Part shown: positions 1-10,038 of the stretch, piece by piece
Position numbering within the stretch: the stretch's first letter is position 1
How the letters are laid out: each line of letters begins with the position of its first letter
From: Eubacteriales bacterium
GTDB lineage: Bacteria; Bacillota; Clostridia; Oscillospirales; CAG-272
Reading direction: 5' to 3'
DNA length: 64,000 bases
Assembly (NCBI GenBank): GCA_045658315.1
Contig: JAZOUV010000040.1
Location: 12,081 to 76,080 of the forward strand
Program-made: the position numbers and the translations under genes
The notes under the pieces: generated by a model
Databases searched by the model: none
Told to the model about the DNA's origin: nothing
The model's input: only the letters and a program-made list of their open reading frames with translations

Positions 1-565
1 TACGTTTTATCTGATGATACATACCCTCTACAATGGTAATATAAAGTTCCTTTTCATCTACCTTACGTACCATTGCAGGACGAGAGATGTCGCCCTTATC
101 CAATTGTACACCGTTTTCAAGCAATTTAATGTCGTTTTCTGTAACAGAAAAAGCAGTTTTCACGTGATAAATTTTACTGACATGTCTTTTTGGGGATAAA
201 AGATAATGAGAAGTTGTGCCGTCATTTGTAATGATAAGAAGACCGACGGTATCCTTATCAAGACGGCCGCAGGGGAAAAGTCCGCATTTCTGCAGCTCCT
301 CGGGCAGGAGAGAAATAACGGTATCACCGTCTTTTCCGTCGGTTGATGAAACTACTCCTGCGGGTTTATTCATCATTATATAAATATTCTTTTTGTAGGA
401 GACGCTCTTTCCCATATATTCAATAACGTCAATATCGGGGTCAACCTTAAAATCCGATTTTGAAATAATATTGCCATTAACTTTGATTAACCCCTGTTTT
501 GCCGCTTTAGCCGACTGTGTACGGGAGGCGAGACCCATAGAGGACAGCAATTTATCAATTCTCAT
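1..565 (-). CDS. RsuA/RluB-family rRNA pseudouridine synthase, N-terminal 188 codons only (C-terminus lies beyond the window start)
   Basis: Own minus-strand translation from ATG at 565-563: MRIDKLLSSMGLASRTQSAKAAKQGLIKVNGNI (S4 domain). In-frame catalytic motif GRLDKDTVGLLIITND at ~221-268. VEGMYHQIKR at 2-31. The frame stays open to the window edge, so it is absent from the ORF track. Confidence 0.85.
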   Translation of the reverse strand, partial: MRIDKLLSSMGLASRTQSAKAAKQGLIKVNGNIISKSDFKVDPDIDVIEYMGKSVSYKKNIYIMMNKPAGVVSSTDGKDGDTVISLLPEELQKCGLFPCGRLDKDTVGLLIITNDGTTSHYLLSPKRHVSKIYHVKTAFSVTENDIKLLENGVQLDKGDISRPAMVRKVDEKELYITIVEGMYHQIKR

Positions 566-586
566 ACTCAAAACAATCACCGTTTT

Positions 587-685
587 TTAATATTGTAGAT
601 AGGACAAAAACATTAGAGCCATTATCCCAAAAAACAATACGCCGAGGATAAAGCCCGCACCAAATTTGTTAAGGTTGTTTTTCAT
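587..685 (-). CDS. candidate 32-aa hydrophobic micropeptide MKNNLNKFGAGFILGVLFFGIMALMFLSYLQY
   Basis: Below the ORF-track size cutoff. ATG at 685 is preceded by a strong SD (AAAGGAGGTAATCC, ~7-nt spacing). There is one predicted TM helix and a TAA stop at 589-587. Confidence 0.35.
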   Translation of the reverse strand: MKNNLNKFGAGFILGVLFFGIMALMFLSYLQY

Positions 686-840
686 AGTATGGATTACCTC
701 CTTTCAGGATTAGTATGGAGGAAAATCCTGTAATATATGCAAAAACAAACAACAACTTATTTTAACATAAATCATTTAATAATTCAACAGTTTTTGTCAA
801 AACCTTAATAATATAGAAAAGGGATATTAAAAAAGCTTGA

Positions 841-883
841 AAAAACATAAAAAATGTGCACGAATTTATCCCGTACACATTTT
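841..883 (-). terminator. rho-independent terminator after the rodA-like gene
   Basis: Stem 851-862/872-883 (11 of 12 bp). U-run on the minus strand (A-run 841-850). Confidence 0.6.
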
Positions 884-890
884 AAAATTA

Positions 891-2015
891 TTAAGTAGGT
901 TCACGTTCAAAGAAGTATTTGCTTCGGTAACGGTATATGCTAAGCACAAGACCCAGGGATAGAAACAGACTGAGAACAGACGAACCGCCGTAGCTTATAA
1001 ACGGAAGAGTGATTCCGATTATAGGCAAAATACCGAGCGACATACCGATATTTTCGACAGTTTGGGCAACTATCATTGCGGCAATGCCGGCACATATAGC
1101 AGAGCCAATATCTTTACGTGCGATAAATGCAGTAGATATTATGCGAAAGACAAGGAAAACAAGCAAAAACATAAGTAAGGTTACGCCTATCAGTCCAAGC
1201 TCTTCTGCGGTTACTGAAAATATCATATCGGTGTGATTGTAGGGGATCGTGGGCGAAACGGTTGAATCCATATATCCGGTGCCGAAGATCGAGCCGTTTG
1301 CAATAGCTTCTTTTGATAGTATCTGTTGATAACCGTATCCCAACGGGTCTGATTCGGGGTTAAAACCGACTAAAATACGTTGCTGTTGGTAGGGTTTTAA
1401 GAATTGCCACAGATACGGAGCCGCAAGGACTATTGCCGCCGAACCGCCGAGCAGGTAGAAAATGTTCAGTCCCTGCGTAAAGCACATAACAACCGCAATA
1501 AACATGAATACAAGAGCAGAACCGAGGTCGCCTTGTAAAACAATAAGTCCCGTTATTATTCCTGCGTGGACAATAAGCAACAACACGTTAAGCAGTTTAT
1601 TTATTTTGCCTTTAATTGAATCAAGATGTTTTGCAAAGGTTATGATAAAGAACAATTTAACAAATTCAGAGGGTTGCACATTCAAGGCAATGCCTTCAAA
1701 TTCGATCCAGCTTTGGTTTCCCTCTCCCACACCGATAAAAAGTGTTAGAACAAGTACTACAACCGATGTTGAAAAAAGTGCAATACACAGCTTAGTATTG
1801 AGAAATATTTCGTAGTTTATAAAAGATAAAATAAGCATAAAACAAATACCGAGAAAAACCGCAAAGGCTTGCTTGGTAACATAGGAGTTGTTTCCGCCCC
1901 TTGTTGCACTTGCAACCATAAAAACGCCGAAGACAGACAATACTATTGCGATAACAGCAGTAGTATAGTCAAACGATGTTTTGTTTTTGCCGAATTTTTT
2001 TCGGTATTTGAACAT
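891..2015 (-). CDS. rodA: SEDS-family peptidoglycan glycosyltransferase (RodA-like)
   Basis: 374-aa polytopic ORF with FtsW/RodA/SpoVE hallmarks GDLGSALVFMFI and C-terminal GITLPFISYGGSSVLS. It lies outside the dcw cluster, which has its own SEDS gene, so it is called RodA-like. Confidence 0.8.
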   Translation of the reverse strand: MFKYRKKFGKNKTSFDYTTAVIAIVLSVFGVFMVASATRGGNNSYVTKQAFAVFLGICFMLILSFINYEIFLNTKLCIALFSTSVVVLVLTLFIGVGEGNQSWIEFEGIALNVQPSEFVKLFFIITFAKHLDSIKGKINKLLNVLLLIVHAGIITGLIVLQGDLGSALVFMFIAVVMCFTQGLNIFYLLGGSAAIVLAAPYLWQFLKPYQQQRILVGFNPESDPLGYGYQQILSKEAIANGSIFGTGYMDSTVSPTIPYNHTDMIFSVTAEELGLIGVTLLMFLLVFLVFRIISTAFIARKDIGSAICAGIAAMIVAQTVENIGMSLGILPIIGITLPFISYGGSSVLSLFLSLGLVLSIYRYRSKYFFEREPT

Positions 2016-2037
2016 AATTATTTCCTTTTAATTAAAA

Positions 2038-3477
2038 TTAATATGCTTTGCCCCAGTAAACCATGTGAGTTGCTTTTTTGCCACAGCATACGCAGGTATC
2101 GCTGAAGTGTTCGCCGTTCATGGGAATACATCTTGAGCCTACGCCGGTAAGTTCTTTAACTTTATCTTCACAAGCTTCGTCGCCGCACCACATAGCTTTT
2201 ACGAAGCCGTCGCCGTTTTCGGCAAGCTTTGCGTTGATTTCGTCAATGGATTTACATTCATAAGTGTGCTTTTCGCGGTTTCCAAGAGCTTTTTGGAATA
2301 TACCGTCGCGTACCATCTGAAGCTTTTCTGCAATTTCTTCTTCAAGATTGTCGAGGGAAACGATGTATTTTTGTCTATCATGTCTTGTAACAAGAACGCA
2401 CTGGTTGTTTTCGATATCACGGGGACCCATTTCGAGACGTACGGGAACACCCTTCATTTCGTATTCGGAGAATTTCCAGCCTGCAGAGTTGTCGGTATCG
2501 TCAAGCTTAACTCTAAACTGTTTAGCAAGTCTGTCTCGCACCTCGGCACATTTTTCGAGTACGCCCTCTTTGTGCTGAGCTATAGGAATAATAACCGTCT
2601 GAACAGGAGCAACTGCGGGAGGAAGAACAAGACCCGAGTCATCACCGTGAGTCATAATGATAGCACCGATAAGTCTGGTAGTAACACCCCAGCTTGTCTG
2701 GTGAGGATATACTTTTTTGTTCTCTTTATCGGTGTACATAATGTCAAAGGCTTTAGCGAAGCCGTCGCCGAAGTAGTGCGAGGTACCCGCTTGAAGAGCT
2801 TTTCCATCATGCATCAAAGCTTCAATAGCATAGGTGGAAACAGCCCCTGCAAATTTATCGCTCTCTGTCTTTTTGCCTTTAACTACGGGCATAGCAAGAT
2901 ATTCTTCGCAGAATTTTGCGTATACGTTGAGCATCTGCTCTGTTTCCATAATTGCTTCTTCAGCTGTTGCGTGAATAGTATGGCCTTCCTGCCAAAGAAA
3001 TTCTCTTGAACGCAGGAAAGGTCTTGTTGTTTTTTCCCATCTTACAACGCTTACCCACTGATTGTAAAGCTTGGGCAAGTCTCTGTATGAGTGAATAATA
3101 TTTGCATAGTGTTCGCAGAAAAGAGTTTCGGAGGTAGGACGTACGCAGAGTTTTTCTTCGAGCTGTTCCTTACCGCCGTGAGTAACCCAAGCAACCTCGG
3201 GTGCGAAGCCTTCTACGTGGTCTTTTTCTTTATTGAGGAGGCTTTCGGGAATGAACATAGGCATGCAAACGTTTTCATGACCGAGTTCTTTAAACATAGT
3301 GTCAAGAGTTTTTTGTATGAGTTCCCAAATAGCGTATCCGTAAGGTCTGATTACCATACAGCCCTTAACGCTGGTATATTCTATAAGCTCCGCCTTTTTG
3401 CAGATATCTGTATACCACTGGGCGAAGTCAACGTCCATAGAGGTTATGTCCTCTACCATTTTCTTGTCTTTAGCCAT
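2038..3477 (-). CDS. proS: prolyl-tRNA synthetase (archaeal/eukaryote-like type)
   Basis: Start trimmed from 3510 to ATG 3477 ([14 protein letters not shown]), with SD AAGAGG ~8 nt upstream. About 479 aa, class II aaRS, FAQWYTD near the N-terminus, and ends in ...VYWGKAY as this ProRS type does. Confidence 0.92.
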   Translation of the reverse strand: MAKDKKMVEDITSMDVDFAQWYTDICKKAELIEYTSVKGCMVIRPYGYAIWELIQKTLDTMFKELGHENVCMPMFIPESLLNKEKDHVEGFAPEVAWVTHGGKEQLEEKLCVRPTSETLFCEHYANIIHSYRDLPKLYNQWVSVVRWEKTTRPFLRSREFLWQEGHTIHATAEEAIMETEQMLNVYAKFCEEYLAMPVVKGKKTESDKFAGAVSTYAIEALMHDGKALQAGTSHYFGDGFAKAFDIMYTDKENKKVYPHQTSWGVTTRLIGAIIMTHGDDSGLVLPPAVAPVQTVIIPIAQHKEGVLEKCAEVRDRLAKQFRVKLDDTDNSAGWKFSEYEMKGVPVRLEMGPRDIENNQCVLVTRHDRQKYIVSLDNLEEEIAEKLQMVRDGIFQKALGNREKHTYECKSIDEINAKLAENGDGFVKAMWCGDEACEDKVKELTGVGSRCIPMNGEHFSDTCVCCGKKATHMVYWGKAY

Positions 3478-3604
3478 AATTTGAACCTCTTTACATAAAA
3501 ATAATTCCATCTTTATTATTATGCATTAAATGACAGCAAATGTCAAGCGTTTTCGGCACTGACTTTTTTATTACATGTAATAAAATAAAAATTCTGAACA
3601 AATA

Positions 3605-3651
3605 TCAAAAAATAATATGCACCCCAAAAGTATCTATCATTTGGAGTGCAT
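3605..3651 (-). terminator. rho-independent terminator after the DegT-family gene
   Basis: 12-bp stem 3617-3628/3640-3651 (one G-U), followed on the minus strand by TATTATTTTTT. Confidence 0.7.
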
Positions 3652-3699
3652 ACTGTCTATTTAATTTTTATAAAATTCCGTTAATTTCTTATTCGGAAA

Positions 3700-5019
3700 T
3701 TAAAGACCCTTCTGCATTTCTTCAACTGCCTCAAGAACTGCATTTGCCATGTACTCAACCTGCTCATCATCAATACCGTAAAGAGGAAGGTGTGTGAATC
3801 TGTGGTCAAATACTTCATTAGCTACAGGGCAAGAAGCAGACATAGCGTCTACGTCATAACCGAGCTGCTTAAGAATGTTGAATCTGTAAAGAGGACCGAA
3901 GTGAGGAAGGTTTGTAACGCCCTTAGCTTCGAGTTTCTTTCTGAGCACCTGAACGTCACCGCCTGCCTTTGCAGGATCGATCTGGAGCAAGTAGAGGTGG
4001 AATGTAGGAAGAATGTCATCGCCGCCGATATCCTGAGGAATAATAGCATCGTTAGCCTTAAACTTTTCTGTAAGGTAAGCTGCGTTAGCACGTCTCTTAG
4101 CAATAATTTCTTCGTTACGAGCTACCTGGAGTTTAAGACCGATAGCCTGAATTTCTGTTGTAGAGCTGTTGAGAGCTACGAAAGGACCGTATTTACCGGG
4201 CATAGCGTCAACGTTATAGAACCAGTTGTCAATAGGCTTAGCACCGAAGTCAGAGCCGAAGAATCTGCAACGAGGCATCAAAGGACGCATTTCTTTAACG
4301 TTTGTGCAAACGATACCGCCTTCACCGAAGGATGTAACGTTCTTAACTTCGTGGAATGAGAATGAACCGAAGTCGCCGATTGTACCGATTCTCTTGCCCT
4401 TGTAAATTGCACCGAATGCGTGAGCTGCGTCTTCAAGAACAACAATATCCTTGTTGTATTCCTTTGTAACCTTCATAATCTCTTCCATGTTACAGGGGTA
4501 ACCACCGATATGTACCGGAACTACCATCTTTGTCTTGGGAGAGAGCTTCTTCTTGAGGTCTTCGGGATCCATGTTGATTGTGTTGGGAGCAACGTCACAG
4601 ATAACGATCTTTGCACCAACAGAAAGAGGATAAGCCATTGTAGCGATAAATGTGATAGCGGGAACGATAACTTCATCGCCGGGGCCAATGTTTGCATACT
4701 TATAAGCAATCTCGAAACCTGCTGTAGCATTTGTTACGAAGAGGGAGTTTTCTGTTTCGAGGTACTTATCACAAGCTTCTTCAGCAGCCTGAACGTGTAC
4801 GTCGAGAGAGAGCTTGCCGGGAGCTCTTGATACTTTGTCGAGGTCGTAGATTTTGTCAGCAACTGCCTTGAGTGCTGTGTCATACTCTTCGCCCTGTCCC
4901 TGCATCATAAACTCAATAACTTTCATAAGGTCAGCCGCATTGTAGTTTTCACCTACTGCAGGCCACGGAACTCTGGTTTCACCAGTGTTATAACGGAAAT
5001 CCGATGCTTTCTTTTTCAT
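3700..5019 (-). CDS. DegT/DnrJ/EryC1/StrS-family PLP-dependent aminotransferase
   Basis: 439-aa ORF with VIVPAITFIAT, LEDAAHAFGA and FSFHEVKNVTSFGEGG (PLP-lysine region). It is monocistronic with its own terminator. Confidence 0.75.
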   Translation of the reverse strand: MKKKASDFRYNTGETRVPWPAVGENYNAADLMKVIEFMMQGQGEEYDTALKAVADKIYDLDKVSRAPGKLSLDVHVQAAEEACDKYLETENSLFVTNATAGFEIAYKYANIGPGDEVIVPAITFIATMAYPLSVGAKIVICDVAPNTINMDPEDLKKKLSPKTKMVVPVHIGGYPCNMEEIMKVTKEYNKDIVVLEDAAHAFGAIYKGKRIGTIGDFGSFSFHEVKNVTSFGEGGIVCTNVKEMRPLMPRCRFFGSDFGAKPIDNWFYNVDAMPGKYGPFVALNSSTTEIQAIGLKLQVARNEEIIAKRRANAAYLTEKFKANDAIIPQDIGGDDILPTFHLYLLQIDPAKAGGDVQVLRKKLEAKGVTNLPHFGPLYRFNILKQLGYDVDAMSASCPVANEVFDHRFTHLPLYGIDDEQVEYMANAVLEAVEEMQKGL

Positions 5020-5341
5020 TGTAAAATCTCCTTTTATAAAAGAAATTAAAATATTTTTCTATTTATATTAATTATATCACCGGCAAATATGCTTGTCAAT
5101 AAAAACTTTCCAAATATTTTATATCAAAAAGAGTAAAAAATATAATTTTTTCACAAAAAAATGTACAATACACTCCCGACTGGACAAAACAACTCCCGCT
5201 AATACATACTCAAATTAAACAACGTTGATTATTAATGTAATAACGTATCGTTTTTAAAAATTTAATTCAGCCTATCCAAAAACGACAAAATCTTTACGCA
5301 TTTTATGTTACCATATTTCTCGCAACAAAACAAAAAGGCAG

Positions 5342-6223
5342 GTGGTCCGCCCTATTGAAAGAATAATATACGGTGACGTGCTGATGATAATAAACTTCAG
5401 CATGGACTTTCTTGCTCTTTATATAACCGCAAAAATCATGCATATAAGGCTTAAGTCAAAAAGAATTACACTGTCCGCCCTGCTCGGAGCTGTTTACTCG
5501 CTCATTATTCTGTCCTTGAATCTGACAGGAATCATAAGCGGAATAATAAGCCTTGCCGCAGCGTTTTTACTTACGTTTACAGCCTACGGAAAACAAAAAC
5601 CTATTGTATTTTTAAAAAATACGGCTGTTTTCTACATAGTCAACTTTGCTCTGGGCGGCGGTATAACCGCAATTTGCAATCTGCTCAATATGTGGCAGAG
5701 CAAAAGAAATCTTATGATAAACGGTTCTTTCGACGTGCTTTACGGCGATCTTCCCTTCGGCGTATTGGTAATACTTGCTGCCGTATGCGGACTATTTTCT
5801 CTTTTGTCAGGTAAGCTTATTAAGAAAAAAAATGCCGAAAAAACTTGTATTCTTAATATTTCATTGAACCAAGCATCAATCTCCCTTCAAGCACTTGTCG
5901 ATTCGGGTAATCTGCTCAGAGAACCAATAAGCGGGAAACCGGTCATAATTACTTCATTCAACAGTATGAGAAAGCTTATTCCTGTTGAGCTTATCCCTCT
6001 TTTCAAAAACAAAGATACTCTTTGTCTCGAAAACACCGCCTACAGTTCAATAGTAAGAATCATACCTATATCCACGGTAAGCGGCGGCGGATTATTTTTT
6101 GCTCTTTTCCCCGATCAAGTAACGGTTGACGGAAAAGATGCCGATGTCTATATAGCCATAACCGCCGACAGCGATAATTTTGGCGGCTTCTCCGCCATAG
6201 TTCCATTTGAAATCACACAATAA
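5342..6223 (+). CDS. spoIIGA: sigma-E processing peptidase SpoIIGA
   Basis: Polytopic N-terminal half. IIYGDVLMIINFSMDFLALY resembles the B. subtilis SpoIIGA N-terminus. Aspartic protease motif LVDSGNLLREP. Directly precedes sigE. The start is uncertain: GTG 5342 versus in-frame ATT 5354 or ATG 5384. Confidence 0.9.
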   Translation: MVRPIERIIYGDVLMIINFSMDFLALYITAKIMHIRLKSKRITLSALLGAVYSLIILSLNLTGIISGIISLAAAFLLTFTAYGKQKPIVFLKNTAVFYIVNFALGGGITAICNLLNMWQSKRNLMINGSFDVLYGDLPFGVLVILAAVCGLFSLLSGKLIKKKNAEKTCILNISLNQASISLQALVDSGNLLREPISGKPVIITSFNSMRKLIPVELIPLFKNKDTLCLENTAYSSIVRIIPISTVSGGGLFFALFPDQVTVDGKDADVYIAITADSDNFGGFSAIVPFEITQ

Positions 6224-6229
6224 TACTAA

Positions 6230-6958
6230 ATGAAAAAGGTGAAAACAATGTTTAAATTCATAAATCAACTTTTACAGCAAGCCAAAAAACTGATCTTAAA
6301 GAAAAAAAACGGTATATATTACATAAACGGACCCGAAACTCTGCCTCCTCCCCTTGATACCGAAGAAGAAAATGAATGTCTCAGAAAACTTTTATTCAAC
6401 GATACTGCCGCAAAAAACAAGCTTGTCGAACACAATCTTAGGCTTGTCGTATATATAGCCAAAAAGTTTGAAAACACCGGCGTGGGACTGGAAGATCTTA
6501 TTTCCATAGGCACTATCGGTCTAATCAAAGCTATCAACACCTTTAATCCCGAAAAAAACATTAAAATTGCCACCTATGCAAGCCGATGTATTGAAAATGA
6601 AATACTTATGTATATAAGAAAGATCAACCACCACAAGCTTGAAATCTCCATAGACGAGCCTATCAACATTGATTGGGACGGAAATGAGCTTTTGCTCTCG
6701 GACATTTTAGGGTCGGACGGTGATTCGGTCTACAGCGATCTCGAAATGGATGAAGACAGAAAAACGGTAAAAAAAGCAATTGCCGAACTTAATGACCGAG
6801 ACAGGCTTATCATTACCCTTCGTTTCGGTCTTGATTCGGGAAAAGAAAAAACACAAAAAGAAGTTGCCGATCTCCTCGGTATTTCCCAATCCTACATCTC
6901 CCGTCTCGAAAAACGTATAATTGAAAAACTCAAAAAAGAAATCGGCAATAAGATTTGA
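6230..6958 (+). CDS. sigE: RNA polymerase sporulation sigma factor E (pro-sigma-E)
   Basis: Pro-sequence [10 protein letters not shown]...KKKNG followed by [18 protein letters not shown]. Region 2: [16 protein letters not shown] and [21 protein letters not shown]. Region 4: [21 protein letters not shown]. Confidence 0.93.
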   Translation: MKKVKTMFKFINQLLQQAKKLILKKKNGIYYINGPETLPPPLDTEEENECLRKLLFNDTAAKNKLVEHNLRLVVYIAKKFENTGVGLEDLISIGTIGLIKAINTFNPEKNIKIATYASRCIENEILMYIRKINHHKLEISIDEPINIDWDGNELLLSDILGSDGDSVYSDLEMDEDRKTVKKAIAELNDRDRLIITLRFGLDSGKEKTQKEVADLLGISQSYISRLEKRIIEKLKKEIGNKI

Positions 6959-6959
6959 A

Positions 6960-7577
6960 TTATCGGCTAAAAATCTCGGCAATATCCTCAAACCACTCAA
7001 GTATTCGGAATCGTATAACATATTTAGGCGTCTCAGAGTCGGTAAGCACCTTTATCTGATTAGGTGTAAAGCCTGTTGCAACCAGCTCTTCTTCAGCCTC
7101 TGCCGCCTCAACACAGAGGGGCGGAAACAGCACACACCACCAATTTTGTCCGCGGCTTTCGCCGATGTTAACCTTCAAAGAGCTGTATCTGCCCGAAGGG
7201 AGTCTGACGTTACCGTATTGCCTCTCGGGATAGTACTCCTCGCTGAGCGTTACCGTTACTTCATCCTCTCTGCCCTCTTGACGTATAACCTCTTCTGCAG
7301 TCTCCTTCAGCATTTCAATATTGTCGCTATACATCTGCTTTGCCTCAGCTATATTAGAACAGTCCGATGCCAAATCGGCAGTTTTTTCAACCAAAGCATC
7401 CCTAACAAGAAGTTTTAAATTTTGATCCTCTGTGCTGTCAGAGTTTGCAAGAACATGAAGTCGCAGTGTGTTTTCGTATATCTCCCCCTCGTCTCTCACG
7501 GGAAGAAAAGGCATTATTAACATAAGTAAAACGACAGAGACACAAAATGTAATTCTTTTTTTCATTTTTAAAACCAC
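6960..7577 (-). CDS. spoIIR: stage II sporulation protein R (forespore signal for pro-sigma-E processing)
   Basis: 205 aa with an N-terminal signal/anchor. Family hallmark LRLHVLANSDSTEDQNLKLLVRDAL and WWCVLFPPLC. Confidence 0.88.
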   Translation of the reverse strand: MVLKMKKRITFCVSVVLLMLIMPFLPVRDEGEIYENTLRLHVLANSDSTEDQNLKLLVRDALVEKTADLASDCSNIAEAKQMYSDNIEMLKETAEEVIRQEGREDEVTVTLSEEYYPERQYGNVRLPSGRYSSLKVNIGESRGQNWWCVLFPPLCVEAAEAEEELVATGFTPNQIKVLTDSETPKYVIRFRILEWFEDIAEIFSR

Positions 7578-7693
7578 CTCTTTCTGTTTTGAATTATTGA
7601 CATTTGTTTTCGGCTTTATTCAAATAAAATTTTCTCACAGCTTGATTATTTTGTCTTTCACAAAACAATAATTACAAAAAAGGGGGAATTTTC

Positions 7694-7978
7694 ATGTATA
7701 TGGGAACACAGAAAAAAGCGGTCGTTTTAAAGCCCGGTGTAAACAGCATTATAGAAGAGGCATACTTTATATTAAAAGACGATTTTTCAAACGTAAAAGA
7801 ATCGGAAATGATAAGAGAAGCCAATAAAATTCTGAAAAACAACATTGTGGGCAGTTACTTTTTTGAAAGCGAAAAAAACAAACTGTCCAAATCATCAAAA
7901 AACTGCCTGACAAGCTTTCTTCTCGGAGCATTTCTATCCTTCGTTTTGTGCACCCTTTTCTTTCTTTTAATAAAATAA
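7694..7978 (+). CDS. hypothetical 94-aa protein with C-terminal TM anchor
   Basis: ATG preceded by SD AAGGGGGA at ~6 nt. Soluble N-terminal domain (KKAVVLKPGVNSIIEEAYFILKDD) plus a C-terminal hydrophobic helix. No family recognised. Confidence 0.5.
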   Translation: MYMGTQKKAVVLKPGVNSIIEEAYFILKDDFSNVKESEMIREANKILKNNIVGSYFFESEKNKLSKSSKNCLTSFLLGAFLSFVLCTLFFLLIK

Positions 7979-8226
7979 AATGCAACAAATGATTTTTCTT
8001 CATACTATATTCATATTTTTCTGTTATAATAGCTCAGAAATTAATTGTGCGTTTTAAAAAAGCATAAGAACAATGTTGTTTTCTCCATCACGGAAAATTT
8101 GTGCAGATCGCCCGGCACACCGCATTTTCTTATGTACATATTAAAAAGCAAAGCGTGGTTTTTTTAACATGCTTTGTCTTTTCGTTTTATATTTTTTGAA
8201 AAATTATTTATGTGAAAGGACTTTTT

Positions 8227-9900
8227 ATGCCAAAAAAGAATAACGCCAAGCTTCGTGTTATAAGCCTTGGGGGCTTAAACGAAGTAGGCAAGAACATTAC
8301 TGTACTTGAATATCAGGATGACATGATTATAATCGACTGCGGTCTCGGCTTTCCCGACAACGAAATGCTGGGAGTTGACCTGGTTATCCCCGATATTTCA
8401 TATCTTGAAAAAAACAGCTCAAAAATCAGAGGTATCTTCCTCACCCACGGTCATGAAGACCATATAGGTGCAATTCCCTATGTTTTACGCTCTATTTCTC
8501 CCCCTATCTACGGCACAAAACTCACCCTCGGTATTATTGAAAATAAGCTCACCGAGCACGTTCTCGAATATGAGCCTGAGCTTATATGCGTAAAACCCGG
8601 AGATACTGTCAAGGCGGGCGTATTCAGCGTTGAATTTATTCATGTCAACCACTCCATTGCCGACGCTTGCTGTCTTGCAATAAAAACTCCTTTGGGTATG
8701 GTTATCCATTCGGGCGACTTCAAGCTTGACCTCACCCCCGTTGACGGCGGTATGATGGATATTACAAGATTGGGAGAATTAGGCAATAAGGGCATTACTC
8801 TGCTTCTTTGCGAGTCAACCAATGCAGAAGAGCCCGGTTACACAATGTCGGAAAAAACTGTCGGTGCATCCTTAGAAAATATCTTTATGCACCACAAGGA
8901 CAAAAGAATCGTTATTGCAACATTCTCCTCGAATGTCCACCGAGTTCAGCAGATAATCAATACCAGCGAAAAATACGGCCGTAAGGTTGCCGTACTCGGC
9001 AGAAGCATGGTAAACATTGTCCACGCGGCAAATGAACTTGGTTATATGAACATTCCCGAAGGGACACTTATTGATATAAACGAGATCAAACGTTTTCGTC
9101 CGGATCAACTGACTCTTGTTACGACCGGAAGCCAAGGAGAGCCCATGTCCGCCCTCTACAGAATGGCATTCTCCGATCACGACAAGGTTACACTTGATTC
9201 AAACGACCTTGTAGTAATCAGTGCACACCCTATTCCGGGAAATGAAAAGCTGGTCAATAAGATTATTAATGAGCTTATGAAAAAAGGTGTCTCAGTCTTT
9301 CAGGACAATCTTATTGAAGTCCACGTTTCCGGACACGGATGTCAGGAAGAGCTTAAATTGATGCACGCACTTACAAAACCCAAATATTTTGTACCCATTC
9401 ACGGTGAATGCAGACACCTTATGCAACACAGAAATCTTGCTCTCCAAATGGGTATGCCCCCCGAAAATATACTTGTCAGCGATATCGGCAAGGTTATCGA
9501 GGTGGATAAAAAAGGCATACGCTTCAACGGTACGGTACCTTCGGGCAAGGTACTTGTCGACGGTTACGGCGTAGGCGACGTAGGTAATATTGTCCTCAGA
9601 GACAGGCGTCACCTTGCACTCGACGGGCTTATTGTCGTCGTGGCTACGGTTGATATTGAAGAACGCACGGTTATTTCTGGACCCGATATTATTTCGAGAG
9701 GCTTTGTTTACGTCAGAGAAGCAGAAGAACTGCTTGAGACTGTTAAAGAAATCGCTACAGATGCACTTTGGGACTGTCTTGAAGATGATATAACCGATTG
9801 GACTCATATTAAAAACCGCGTTAAGGATAAAGTAAGCAGATATTTGGTGGACAAAACCAATCGAAAGCCTATGATATTACCTTTGATTATGAATGTGTAA
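8227..9900 (+). CDS. rnj: ribonuclease J
   Basis: Start trimmed to ATG 8227 (MPKKNNAKLRVISLGGLNEVGKN). Metallo-beta-lactamase motif LTHGHEDHIGAIPY. Beta-CASP architecture, ~557 aa. Confidence 0.92.
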   Translation: MPKKNNAKLRVISLGGLNEVGKNITVLEYQDDMIIIDCGLGFPDNEMLGVDLVIPDISYLEKNSSKIRGIFLTHGHEDHIGAIPYVLRSISPPIYGTKLTLGIIENKLTEHVLEYEPELICVKPGDTVKAGVFSVEFIHVNHSIADACCLAIKTPLGMVIHSGDFKLDLTPVDGGMMDITRLGELGNKGITLLLCESTNAEEPGYTMSEKTVGASLENIFMHHKDKRIVIATFSSNVHRVQQIINTSEKYGRKVAVLGRSMVNIVHAANELGYMNIPEGTLIDINEIKRFRPDQLTLVTTGSQGEPMSALYRMAFSDHDKVTLDSNDLVVISAHPIPGNEKLVNKIINELMKKGVSVFQDNLIEVHVSGHGCQEELKLMHALTKPKYFVPIHGECRHLMQHRNLALQMGMPPENILVSDIGKVIEVDKKGIRFNGTVPSGKVLVDGYGVGDVGNIVLRDRRHLALDGLIVVVATVDIEERTVISGPDIISRGFVYVREAEELLETVKEIATDALWDCLEDDITDWTHIKNRVKDKVSRYLVDKTNRKPMILPLIMNV

Positions 9901-9952
9901 GGATATAATATTCAAAAAAATTACTTTTTTCCCAAAAAAATTGAAAATACTA

Positions 9953-9981
9953 TTGCAATTAGAATTTTTTTGTGGTACTAT
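9953..9981 (+). promoter_or_regulatory. sigma-A-type promoter upstream of secG
   Basis: TTGCAA - 17 nt - TACTAT with the TGTGG extended -10 context. Confidence 0.45.
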
Positions 9982-10038
9982 ATTCCTACTGTCTAAAAAT
10001 ATGTAAAAAAAAGATTTAACTAATCGGAGGTTATATAA

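Noticed and set aside
2266-3009. 247-aa plus-strand ORF antisense to proS
   Set aside because: A shadow ORF inside proS with no recognisable motifs.
3478-3699. Possible T-box leader upstream of proS
   Set aside because: About a fifth of the interval is taken up by the upstream gene's terminator. No T-box or specifier-loop sequence is visible.
5270-5341. Spo0A boxes in the spoIIGA promoter
   Set aside because: Only a weak partial match is present (TTTGTCGTTTT on the minus strand at about 5279-5293, against a TGTCGAA core). That is not enough to call without a PWM scan or comparative data.
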